From: the human T2T-CHM13v2.0 reference genome, Homo sapiens
Length of the DNA: 64,000 nt
NCBI RefSeq assembly: GCF_009914755.1
Contig: NC_060936.1
Strand: one strand, 5' to 3'
This document shows positions 14,117 through 26,067 of the stretch, piece after piece. The notes under the pieces are model-generated. The model saw only the letters and a program-made list of their open reading frames with translations, was not told the origin of the DNA and did not search any database. The first letter of the stretch is position 1. Each line of letters starts with the position of its first letter. The translations under genes were made by a program, and so were the position numbers.

Positions 14117-15191
14117 TGTTAACGGAAAAAAAATTAATCAATGATATGTGTTAAAGCAAGATAAGGATGATTTTATTAAAGACCACTGTGAAAGGTATGC
14201 GGACCACTGCAAAGGGGTCTGGCTGTTGGGGAGAGAGATTGGGCTCAACTCTGAATATAGCATGGGCAACTGGAAATATATAGCCAAGGAACAGGGTGGG
14301 AGGTCAGTGGATGGAAAATTACTAAAAGGAACATCAGGGTACGGGGCATTCTGGCTAAACTGACCTCATGGACTCTTGCTGAAGATAGGCCAGGGTGAAC
14401 ATACATCACCAGGGACATTTGAACTGAGTGCCCCCATTATTTTCTAGGAAAAAGAATGAGTTATTATTATTTTTTATTATTTTCTCTTCTCTCTCTTTTC
14501 CATCTAGCCCTTTAGGAATGCAAATATAACCTTTCCCTTCCCCCTCACCAGACATTCCCTGCAGGGCAAGTTCTTCTAACTGTGTGCTCCAAGATAGATC
14601 TCTCTTCCAGAGCTGACAGTGGATTTGCAGGCCAAAGCACACCCTCCAGGGAACTGTCACCTCCAGCAGGTGGCCTGGAACTTCCACCCTCTGGGAATTG
14701 CCTCAAGACTTTCATCCACCGGAAGGGCATATCAAAAGCATGCCAGCTTGACCCCTTTTCCAACTTATTTCTGCCCAGGAAGGTATGACTCAAAGGTCTG
14801 GTAGATAAGACACCAAGCTTGCAGGAGGAACCCCTGCCCTTGCTCACTTTCCCCCTTACCTTGTAAAAGTGTCTGTTATCTGCTCCAGAGGTGAAGCAGC
14901 ACATTTAAAGGCAAGAAGTTTTGTGCCCCTTCCCCAAGCTCACTTCGGAATAAATTCACTATTTTTGTACCAAGTCTTACTCTTGTTCATTGGATTCTGC
15001 ATGTGGCAAGAAACTGACCTGTGTTTTGGTTACAACATAGTGGAGGACGAAGAACCTTATCAGAAGTGAAGGGTGATCAGGTATCAAGAATGGGAGATTA
15101 TTTGCTAAAACTAGACTTAGGAGTACACAGATGGACCTAGGAGAAGGTTCGAAGCCTGATTAAAGTTTGGCCAAGCAGAGACTGTTTGTCA
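14117..15191 (-). mobile_element. MER31-like ERV1 LTR (host of a nested LTR)
   Basis: Minus strand begins TGACAAACAGTCTCTGCTTGGCCAAACTTTAATCAGG and ends TTAACA; two pieces, 14117-14418 and 15035-15191. Confidence 0.65.
14419..15034 (+). mobile_element. MER39-like ERV1 solo LTR nested in the MER31-like LTR
   Basis: GAATGCAAATATAACCTTT...CACCAGACATTCCCTGCAGGGCAAGTTC core, AATAAA near 14949, ends GGTTACA; 4-bp TSD ACAT at 14415-14418 and 15035-15038. Confidence 0.7.
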
Positions 15192-16325
15192 GGGGAGGCC
15201 AATAATAGTCTTCACATCTATAGCAACAGTACATTGATAGTACCGAGTGGTAGCTATCTTTGAACTACAGCTCTATCAAGTTTCAGATGACCTTAATATC
15301 TAATGACTCTTATTAGTCATTGAACAAAATGCACTCCATAAATGAAGAGACTTGTCAAGAATTAATATATTGACAGAGCTAGGGTTGGGACCTCGGCTTC
15401 TTGACTCCCTATCTGGGGCTCTGTGTCCTAATGGACTGGGTCAAGACGAAAATAATTTCTTCTTATAGGGCAGTTCGCACACCCTGGAACTGAATCCTAT
15501 CTTGTAATGTAACTTATCCTACTAAAAAAATTGATACTAGGCTTCTATATTCTGCTATCTACCGCCATCCTGTGTCTTTGCCTCCCCTCTTTCTTTTACA
15601 AATATAGTGCTTCTGTGGCAATCAAAGTTACCATTCAGTTCTCTGGTTGCAAAATATCAAGATGGGATCAGGATGAGAAGAGGGGAAAAGGGAGAAGATG
15701 CAGAGGAAAGAAAGGTAAAAATAGACTACTTTTAAAAGAAGAGGAAAAAAACGGTACGTATGCGTATTCAGATTCTCAAAGAGCCAAAAACGAAACACAG
15801 GTGCGTCTTTCAGAGCTCCAGAATCAGACCTGAAGACAGCAGACTTCTAAAGACTGTCCAGCGGTCTCCATAATTGCCTACAGTCATGTTTCTGTAACTC
15901 ATTCCTCATTACTGGTACCTCCTGGTCCTTCTGCTCCACCATTTGCTGGTTTCTACAACTGGCCCCAAGGTCACTGATGATGTTTATGACTTTCTCCTCC
16001 ACTCTATTGTGAATTCGGATGCCTTTTAGCCCTGCCTCAGATAGCAAGGATTCTTAGCTTAGTGTAGAAACACATTTCCTACATGTTCCCTAAAAAAAAA
16101 TCACTGTTACACTTCAATTAGACACCTAAATGTCTATGACTAGTACCTCAGTATACACTATACAGCCTCTTTCTTTGAAGAGCCTTTGCAGGGATTGAAT
16201 GTGGCACAAAATAGATGAAACAGTTATAAAAAAAAGTTATGTTTTTATATTAGAGTTGAGAACCTTGCAGCTTGTGAATATGTGAACTCACTGTAAGGGG
16301 CTCGTCTAGGTTTTTCAACAATTGC

Positions 16326-17649
16326 TGTGGTGGCTTTGTAATGTGTCAAGTGGGCCAGGCTGAAATATGTTTCCCAGAATTCTTTTCCCTGCAAGTTCCC
16401 AGTTAGAGTGGGGAATAAGAGACATTTTTGCTTGAAATTTGAAGGACAAAAGTGAAGTGGCAGCCGTGTTACTTTTCACTGTCAGAAGGTGGGGCAGGTG
16501 CTTCTGCAGCTCAGGCACATTGTCACTGATCTGTGACTCATGCCCTTGGGGTGGCGGCAGGTGGGCCTGCACATGTTCTGCTTTTCTCTGAATCCTTCAC
16601 CAGCTTCTCTGATTCCTGGACCAGGTATGTGTTTTAGCTCCATGACAGAGGGAGCCACCTTCCCCTTTAGGACAAGCACGTCATCAGGGTTGGAGGCAGT
16701 GAGGACAGAGATATGGGCTCCATTCTGCCCTGAGGGGCCCAGCTTGTCTTTGCCTTCTCCCACATTACATCCACTTTCCCTTCTTTTTTTTTTTAATTTA
16801 CAAAAAGTAGGCTATGTTTATTAGAGTCACACACAGTTGACTGTCTCAGTGTGACTCAAGACCACGAAAAACCCATTTCTCCTTCACTTCTGAGTCCTGG
16901 GGTTAAGACCTAGACCAGCAGGCGTACTGCTTGGGCTCCATTCACAGGTTTACAAGTTTTTCACTGAGGGCAATCTGTGACTGTGTGAGGTTGGCCAGGT
17001 AGGTCACCATCAACAGGTCGTTGATGTTACCGTTGAGCATGATCTCGAAGTCATCGGGAACTATTTTGGGTACTTGGTTAACCAGGTTCACCAGGAAGCG
17101 GCCAACCGACACCTTTCCAGAGAGTACATCCTCTGCATATTGCAACACTGCTCAAGGCATCCCGGATGCGAGCGGATGCCCCTCCTACTTGCTGCAAGTC
17201 ACCTGAGAGTCCAATCACTCTGTTGGGGCTAAAGCAGGTCTTCACGATCAGGTCAACTCCAATGCGTTCAGTGTCACAGTATACATATTTCACTGTCAGA
17301 GGTGTGAACATCACTGCCATGGTCCTCCCAGGCTTTCTTTCTCCACAAGATGGCCACACCGGCGGTACCAGCAAGTGCTCCTCCAGCCACGCCAGCCCCA
17401 GCCCCGGCAGCGGTCCCAGCCTCAGTTCCAGCACCAATGCCAGCACCGGCTGCGGCTCTGGTTCCCACTTTCCCTTCCTGATGCATTCCCTGGGGCCCTG
17501 GAGTTCCAGCATCTGACAGAAAGACAGTAGCCCTATAGAGACTCTCAACCAGCTCCCGGGATTGCATAGGGTCGAGTCCCTGTAATTGATTATTTACTAC
17601 ACATACCTCTTAGAGGTTCTGCGTTTCTGCTTGCACCCTGACCAATACA
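16326..17649 (+). mobile_element. Old ERVL-class solo LTR interrupted by the EIF3F retrocopy
   Basis: Starts TGTGGTGGCTTTGTAATGTGTCAA, ends CCCTGACCAATACA, termini typical of ERVL-type LTRs; subfamily not assigned. Confidence 0.55.
16784..17464 (-). pseudogene. EIF3F processed pseudogene with 5' inversion and large internal deletion
   Basis: Minus strand 17332-16942 encodes the eIF3f C-terminus (PGRTM...TERIGVDL...[24 protein letters not shown]) with a frameshift near 17148 and loss of ADNT; 3' UTR, AATAAA (16817-16822, minus) and A11 tail (16784-16794). Plus strand 17333-17464 is the mRNA 5' end ([15 protein letters not shown]). 13-bp TSD CCACTTTCCCTTC at 16771-16783 and 17465-17477. Confidence 0.95.
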
Positions 17650-17776
17650 GCCTCCTTGCAATGTACACAAGCTTCACAGACTCACTGAAAACCTGGAGTA
17701 AGAAATGGGGACAAGGCCACTGCAGTTCAGCCCAGGCAACAAGAGTGAGACCTCATCTCTTAAGAAAAAAAAAAAT

Positions 17777-18070
<294 letters not shown>

Positions 18071-20038
18071 GGAAAGATGTCCTGAGGCAGTATGTGTACC
18101 TGCATGAAAACTGGAGTGGAGAGAGTAGCTGACAAAGGTTACATGGTCTTCCTGTGTTTTCCTACTCGGTAGATGGACAATGATAAGAATGATGGCAACG
18201 GAGCAAACCCTGACTGGGGCTTGTGGGGTCCCAGTTACTTTTCATGTATCATCAATCTGGGTGATAACCTGGCGGGCTAGATGCCATCTTCTCCTCTTTC
18301 AAATGAGAGACATGAGGCTCAGAAAAGTTATAGGACTTGCTCTAGGTAACACAGAGCATAAATAGTGTCATGGGATCCAAACCCAGATTTTTCTACTCCA
18401 AAGCTTGTGATCTTTCCCTCTGCCTCGCTGCATAGCCCCTACAGCTTCCTAACTCACAGGAAATTCCTGTGTCCTTTGGTTGGCTCTATTTATAGTCTTT
18501 CTAAAGAGGAATGTGTTGGGCCCTCTTCCTGGCATGAAATCTATCTTTAAAATTTCATTTATTAATAAACACATAGGGCCTGTTTTGTGCCAGACACTGG
18601 TCTGAGCAGTTTACAAATATTAACTAATTTAATCTTTACAGCAACTCTGTTATATTACTACTATTAATATAGTAGTAATAGGATTAGTGCCATTTTACAG
18701 AGAAGGAAGTGAAGGGACAGGGAAGCTAAGTGTTTTGCCCAAGGTCACACAGCCAGTAAGTTTTGCAGAGTCAGATTTCACACCCATCACCATGTATTGC
18801 TGCCCTTTCCTTCAGAGATTCGGACTTCTCATCCTAGCCTGTCTCCTCTTTCCTGTGAAAGCTGAGACGATGATGGGCTCAGGGGCTCAGAGTTCCCCCA
18901 AAGGAAGGCCCTGGGTGAGCCTGAATCTTTACAAATGTCCATAACGAGGTGAAAACTGGCATAGCCCAGCAGTGGCTTCTGGTGACTATCAGTTCTGTCT
19001 CAAAAAGAAAGTGCTTCTTTATTTCCAGTGTTTCTGAAGTGCTAATGGCCTCCACAAAGGCTCCTTCCTTTGAGATTGAAAACCAAACCTCTGACGTTCC
19101 ACAGCTGAGTCTTGGTGGCCTTAACTTTCCTTTCTCTCAACAGCTTCCTTTTCATCTCACTCCTTCTGATCTCAACCAGGCTGCACAGATCTGACTCAGG
19201 CAGGAGCCAGGAGGCAGCAGGTGGAGCTGCCTTGGTTGGCTGAGGAGCCAATAGGCTGCTCCCCCGTCAGAAGTCACATAGACGATCAGGTCTGAAACTT
19301 CTGCCTCTTGAAGTCACTTGGGTTTGACAAGATGTAAGGCATTCCACCTTTTAGAGATTCTTGTGTATGAACAAGCAATGTCGTGGGAGCTCTTCGGGGC
19401 TCTCAGTTATTCATACCTTATCATTGGCTTTTCTCCAACTGTCCTTGAATAGTACTTGATGTAAGTAAGGCCAGGGTGAGAGAAGGGTATGGAGAGTTAG
19501 CAGGAGAACCCCAGTGAAAAACATCCTCTGCTGTACAGTCCTTCAGAGGAGATGCCCCAATAATGGCATAGCAGTGACCAGCAGCCACCAGGGCTCTACT
19601 GTTTACTACTCAAGAGACCTTCGACAATTCGTGTACCTGCATTAGTCAGTTTCCTTATCTATACACTGGAATTAACAATAACATCTACTCCTTAGGGCTG
19701 TTTTGAGGATGAAGCATTGTGGAGTATGTGAAAACTATAGTTCAAGGTTGGGCATATAACAACAGCTCAAGAAATGTTAACTATTACGATTACATAATAG
19801 GCCCCAGTTTAAATGCAGTTTATTTTACACAAACCCTATTGTAACCATGAACTCAATGTTGCATTTCCCATTTTATAGGTTAAAACATTAGACAGGATAA
19901 ATTAGCTGCTCAAACCTTATAGGTAGTGGTCAGAGGTGTAGAGTGGGACTCAACCATTGTTTTCTGCCTGCCAATGTCATGCTCATTACATGGCCTAGAG
20001 AGGATGCTAGCAGCCAGGCCCTCCTCACCTCAGCCCAA

Positions 20039-20051
20039 AGACAGACAGACA

Positions 20052-20083
<32 letters not shown>
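20039..20083. repeat. Compound (AGAC)n(AC)n microsatellite
   Basis: Visible run with about 15 CA units. Confidence 0.9.
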
Positions 20084-20084
<1 letters not shown>

Positions 20085-21139
20085 TGCAATTTTGCCTTAT
20101 TCCTGGGCTCTAGGAAAGCAGCCTTCACCACTTGGTAACTGGTTTTCAATGTTATCCAGTTTAGTAGAGTAATACCAGGGAGCTGAGAGTCACCAGGCCC
20201 TTCACAAAGTCAGCCGTGGGGGCGTTTGCCAGTCATTTCTTTGTCGGCAAAGACAAAAGCTTTGAAGCTCCATCGAAAAATGCAATGGGTGGTGGCCAAG
20301 CCTCAGCTGAGAGTGTGAGAGTCCTTATTGCGATCCTCAATATCATATTCCCACAATTGGCATCAGTCCGCTACAAATAAGGAAGTTATTTCCCAAGATT
20401 AGTAAAAAAAAAAAAAAAAAAGAAAGAAAGAAAAAAGAAAAAAGAAAAGAAGGAGGGTGGGAGGGTGGGGATTTCAGCATTGGGCTGGGGAGGGGCTAGG
20501 AAGACGGCAGACATTAAAATAGCAGCAAATGAATACCGTGTGCTTTCAGACACGCCGCAAGATTGGTAATTCTGCTGAGATAATTGCCCTTCCCCAGATT
20601 ACTGTCTTTATCAGGGAAAGAAATGATTGCTATGTGTGAGAAATCACACTGTCTCTTGCTCCATGAGAAGTGGCAGTGATTAATGAGAGACCAGGCTTCC
20701 AATTTGCAAATATTCCATGCATGCACCGGACTTCAGGAGTAGAAAGACAGCTTTCAGAGAATAAGCAAACACGATAAACTCTTCCTCCACAGACCTGGAG
20801 ACTGAGGCACCTCGTGGTATGACTCAGTCTTTAGTATCACCTTTCATCTTCCTGGAAGTCCGGGTCTAAATTTTTATGACTTGATGCTATTGGCTGCTTG
20901 GGGTCTTTTTCTCTGCATCAGAGAGTTTGCCTGCTGGTGAGACCACTGGACCCCACAGATCTGGGTTTTAAGCCAGGGTCTTAGGTTGTTCAGCCTCTGT
21001 TCTTCCTCGAGGGCAAATCTCCAAATGTTTGCTGACAGTAAAATGTAATGATTTGACTAGCTGATCTCTTAGGTCTCTTGCGTCTCTGGAAGCCTCATCC
21101 TATGAGTCTCCCAGCATACTTTAGAGGGACAAAAAACAG

Positions 21140-21641
21140 TGTGGTAGCAGAATAATGGTCCTCCAAAGATGTCCACATCCTGATCCCTGGAACATGTGGA
21201 CATGTTACCACATGGCAGAAGGGATTTGGCAGATGTAATTAAAATAAGGATCTTAAAATGGAAATTATCTTGAATTATATAGATGGAACAAATGTAGTCA
21301 CAAGGGTTCTTAAAAGCTAGAAGAGGGAGGCTGGAGAGTCAGAGAAGGAGAGGTGACAAAGGAAGCAGAGGTCAGAGTGATGCAGTTGCTGGCTTTGATG
21401 ATGGAGGAGGGGGCCATGAGCCAAGGAATATGGGTGACCTCTAGAAGCTGGAAAAGGCAAAGACACAAATTCTCCCCTGAAGTCTCCCAAAGGAACCAGC
21501 CCTGCTGACACCTTGACTTTAGCCCAGAGAGACCTGTTTGGGACTTACGACCTCTAGAATTGCAAGATAAAAATTTTGTGTTGTTTTAAGCTACTAAGTT
21601 TGTGGCAGTTCGTTACAGCAGCAATTGGAAAACTGATATTA
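21140..21641 (+). mobile_element. MaLR solo LTR (MLT1C/D-like)
   Basis: TGTGGTAGCAGAATAATGG start, CTAGAAGCTGGAAAAGGCAA core, TTTGTGGCAGTTCGTTACAGCAGCAA end. Confidence 0.85.
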
Positions 21642-22171
21642 CCAGGAAGGCCTGGACCAGATGATGAGGGTCTCTTACTGTGACACCGACCACTTAGGGT
21701 ATCTGCCATGCTGAGGCTAAGACCCAAGGAAACAATTTGCCTCACTTTCCACTAAGCTAGAAGATCATGGCCACATCATTGGGTGAACAAAAATAGAGGC
21801 CACTAATTACCCCAGTGGTCACTGTAGACAATTAATACAGATAATTTGGGGACTATGCATGTACTTGTCAGCTGTTAAATTTCACAGACTAACTAGCATT
21901 AACAATACCAAGTATAATAATTGAGTACATATATTCCACCAGAGCTTTAATACTTAGAGCAACTGCAAGAGGTGGGTACTAGTAGTGTCTAATTTACAGA
22001 TAGAGAAACTGAGTCGTAGAGATGCTGAGTGTCACATGAGTAAGGCATATTGCTGGAACTCTGGCTAGGTCTACCCCAGTCCAGATCCCAAGCTCTTATC
22101 TAAGAGAATTTTTCTCCCCGCCCCAGAATTCCTTATGCACCATGGCACCCAGTAAAAGAATCAGCCCTGTA

Positions 22172-22357
22172 GGGCAATGTTCTAAAACTTTGACAGGCAT
22201 CAAAATCACCCAGAGAACTTGTAGAAACAAATTCCTGGGCCCAGTCTCCAGATGTTCTAATTCAGTAGGTCTGGGGATGGGATTAGGAAATTGCATTTCT
22301 GATACATTTATAGGTGACCTTGATACTGCTGATCCATGGACTGCATTTTGACTAGCA
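22172..22357. mobile_element. MER5-like hAT-Charlie relic
   Basis: CATCAAAATCACC...TCTAATTCAGTAGGTCTGGGGATGGG...TGCATTTCT MER5 motifs. Confidence 0.7.
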
Positions 22358-24002
22358 GGCCTCTGGAAGCCATTCCATCCCAGCCCCCAGGTCCGGTTAC
22401 ATCCAAACCGTGGTGGAGCCTTAATCCCATTCCGTGACTAAACCAACTTTTTGCCAAATCGAAATAAAGAGAACTTATTTTGATAGGACATTGGGAAAAA
22501 TGGGTGCAAAGGCTCATATTACGCACATCTTTGTCTGCCTGGACTGCGGGAATTGTGTCGCAACCACTTGATTTTTCCCGCCTTAGAAGGGATGTTGCTT
22601 ACATAATAATAAAATCGTCTTACATTTGCTTAGCATTTTTAAAATAAAGTACTTTAAAAACTATGTCTTGATACATAAGTTGAATTCATAAATATATCTT
22701 TATACAATGTGGACAATAATCTAGCCAGAAAAGACATATATTCAGTTGAATATACTTTATATTCAAAAGTAGTTAATGAATGCCTTCCTTGGTCTGGGCA
22801 CCTAAGCAGAGAGTTAGAAAATAAGAGTTGCAGTTGTTTTGAGGACACAGAAAACAATTCAAACAACGTCTAGCCCTAAACTACAAATGAAGCCGTTGGT
22901 TCATAATTTCACAGTTAGGTTTTCATGTTATGGGAGTAGAAACCTTTGAGATGTCTGAGGGAGGAAAAGATGGACAAGAGAAAAAGAGAGTCTGAGAGAG
23001 GGTGACAATGCACCTGTAACCCACCAGCCTGCCCGTGGAGGAGGGAAGGGAAGGAAAGGAGAGAGAGAAGAGCAGCACTCACAGGGCAAGCTGTCCCTTG
23101 AACCCCCAGCCCCTGTGTGTTTAGGATGCTTTATTTTCTATGTCTGGCCTTTGAAAATGCACTGGATTTAATGAATCCATTAATGAATTTATTCCTGGAT
23201 TATACCTAGAGAGGGAGAGAGGAAAAGAAGAAATCAAGCTCCAGATGGGAGCCTTGATTTGTGTGAATGGGCTCTCATATTAATCTTTCTAAACAGGAAA
23301 TCCTAGTAGCCCTCGGAGGTCTCTGTCAGGATCTGGGTCGGTTTAAGCATAATCTCCTGCTCTCCCGCAACCCTTCGCCTCCTTCCTGCCCCCCCTCCCC
23401 CTCCTGCTTCCATCTCTTAACATGCAAGTGACCAGCCACCTGTCCCCAGCACAGGCATGCATGTTTTGTTTTTGTGTTTTGTTTTACTCCATCTTTGTCA
23501 CTCCCATCAAACAGGAAAGGAAGGTCATTTCCAGGGCTTCCTTCCCAAGGTGTTGGATTGAGGGGCCAGTGAGAAGGGAAGGGGAGGGAAGGGAAGAACA
23601 GCTGCCTCCTTCATTAAAGTGTTTTTGTTTTTTTGGGTTTTTTTTTTCTGCAGATCTATGAGGCTAATGCATCCAGGATAGAGGATTAGGTGAGAGACAG
23701 CTTCAGTCTTTTGCTGATTAATACACTATTACCAATTATTGCTTGACAATCCATCTTTGCCATGCATTATGGAATAGTGATGTACCATGGAATTACAGAC
23801 TCTGTGATATTTGGCAGTAAGACCCAGTCTACCAAGGACCTGTTAATCAAGTTCTCCTTATTTATGTATGTATGTATTTATTTATTTTTAAAGAAAGGTG
23901 CCTTAGTATGGTTTATTTTGACCAAGCTGTCTTCTCTTTGGCTCTTGCTGGTCCAGCCTAAGAAGTCCTGAGCCCTTGTTTCCCACTTCCAATGCCTCCA
24001 TG

Positions 24003-24841
24003 TTGAGACCTGAGGTGACTATAGCTCTGTTTATTATATGAGTAACACATAGATGCTTCCTGTATCTATGAACCCCCTGCACCACAAAGGAGGAAAATCA
24101 ATGTCTGACAGAAAGACTACTGGCATAATTTTTGCCTCCCTCTGTCCCTTTAAATGCTTTAGATGATGAAAGATGCTGGCCAAGGAATGGTGGGGAGGTT
24201 GGAGAAAACAAGTTTTCTCTAATCTGGGGCTGACAGCCTCCCTTGTGGAGAAGATACAATGCTGGTTTTGCTCAATTTTCTTTTTTAATGGAGGGAAAAC
24301 TTGGGGAAGTCAGGCACAGGTGTAATGGGGGTAAGTTGGAATAACTGGTTTACCAGAGGAATAAAAAAGAAGCTGGAAAAGCAGCTCCGAGCGCACTTCT
24401 CTTACTCAAGCTCTCTGGGCCATGCCTGGGTTTCCTGGTGGAGCCCTGCCAGAGCTGGCTAGGGATGCTTTAGAGATGTGGTCTTTTCAGCAGCAACCTC
24501 TCTTCCTCTTGAAAGAAAGGAGCAGAGGGATCCTGAGCCCCGAGACTTGGACAGACAGACTGGCTAGTATCTTTACCTGGCTGGCAGGGTGTGTCAGACA
24601 AGGCCACTGCTAGGATCCTGTCCTCACATTGGGCTTCCTGCATCTATGAACTCCCTGCACCACAGAGGAGTAAAATCAATGTCTGACAGAAAGACTAGTG
24701 GCATATTTTCTGCCTCCCTCTGTCCCTTTAAATGCTGTCCAATGGGGAAAGTTTTTCCCTGACCTAGATGAAAATCCAGCAGGTCTCCTTGTTTTGTGTT
24801 ACTCATATAATAAACAGAGCTATAGTCACCTCAGGTCTCAA
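24003..24841. repeat. Local composite duplication (47-bp inverted pair plus 104-bp direct pair)
   Basis: 24003-24049 = reverse complement of 24795-24841 (47/47); 24055-24158 matches 24633-24736 (97/104). Confidence 0.95.
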
Positions 24842-25194
24842 ACACAAGAAATTAAGCCATACAGTCCAAAATATGAAATTGTTGCTTTTTGCCCACAAAG
24901 TTGAAGTGGTCTGTGATAATGCAGTGGTATATAACCCGAACAAATGGTTATAAGTCTTCAGATGGTTAGGTCCCATCTCTACAACCACTTTGCATACTTA
25001 GCTAATCTCAGAAACCACCTTTCAGTTCCTATTCCCAGGTTTCCCCTCCCTCGCTGCTCCAACAGCTGAATTTCCTTCCCCTAGTTCAATTGCGTTCAGT
25101 ACATATTTAGTGAAATGCATAATATGGACGTGGCACCATGTTTGGTGTTGTGAAGAAAATCAAAGATCAATAAAAAATGTTCCTTGAGTTCAAA

Positions 25195-25405
25195 ATATCT
25201 CTCTCTCTCTGTTAGCTCTCTCCCTCTCTCTCATCTACCTACCTATCATTTATAAATAGATAAATAGGTAACTAGAGAGTAGCTAGCTAGAAAGGTAGGT
25301 AGGTAAATAGATAGATAGATTGATGGATAGACAGATATAGTGTGGTAGATACCATTTGCAGATGCGATAGCTAGATAGCTAGATACATACATGCATACAT
25401 ACACA
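25195..25405. repeat. Degenerate (TC)n / (GATA)n / (TAGC)n / (CATA)n simple-repeat patch
   Basis: Mixed short tandem motifs. Confidence 0.75.
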
Positions 25406-25611
25406 GAGATAAAAATCTATTCTTATGGGAATGTGACCTCTAGACAGGTGCATCAGTATCACCTGGGCGCTGTGTGAAATGCACTCTAAGCCCTACCCTG
25501 GTTCAGAGTCTGCATGTTAACAAGATCCTCAGGCAATGGTGCACATTAAGCACTGCTATAAAAGAGTTAACCTCGTAGGATTAGATAGTAAAGAAGGCAG
25601 CTTTCAGTTAT

Positions 25612-26067
25612 ACAATGTGTGCTCTGGGAAGAAGACAGAGATCGAGGTAGGAGTGTAAGAGGTTTACTGGGAGATAATAAAGAAAGTTAAAAGTGATAGG
25701 AAGAAGAATTCATTAGGGAAAGCATTCAGATTATGATGCTGATCTGGCACTTGTGAAAGGAAGGAGGGGAGGAAGAGGGGTTGGACAGAGTCTCAGAGTG
25801 GAATGTAGATCTTTCAAAGTCTTGGCCAATCTGCTGGGGAAATGCAGAGCAAAGATTGCCATTAGTGGAAATCTGCACTGAGTAGAAATGGCCAGGTCTT
25901 TGTAACCCTGCTGTGCTCAGAGGGCTACCCCAAAGGAGTGTGGCCCCTGCACTAAAGCTGAGGCAGTGCCAACAGCTGGAGCCTGTCAGCTAACTGCACT
26001 CTGGCAGTTGAAAAGCAAATTCTTTCTTTAAGGGAGATTTGAGCAGTATACCTCCATGGCTACCACA
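25612..26067 (-). mobile_element. LTR16-family ERVL solo LTR
   Basis: Minus strand starts TGTGGTAGCCATGGAGGTATACTGCTCAAATCTCCC; left boundary approximate. Confidence 0.55.

Noticed and set aside
16942-17548. ORFs of 68 and 156 aa as a functional eIF3f gene
   Set aside because: Frameshift, 12-nt deletion, loss of most of the MPN domain and inversion make it a pseudogene.
18653-18680. 12-bp-arm AT-rich hairpin TATTACTACTAT-TAAT-ATAGTAGTAATA; also a 10-bp inverted pair at 55565-55596
   Set aside because: Short and low in complexity; expected by chance or minor slippage.
20039-20083. CA repeat as the dinucleotide silencer described for rodent Kv1.5
   Set aside because: About 8 kb upstream and lacks the GT/CA/GA compound layout I recall; orthology cannot be supported.
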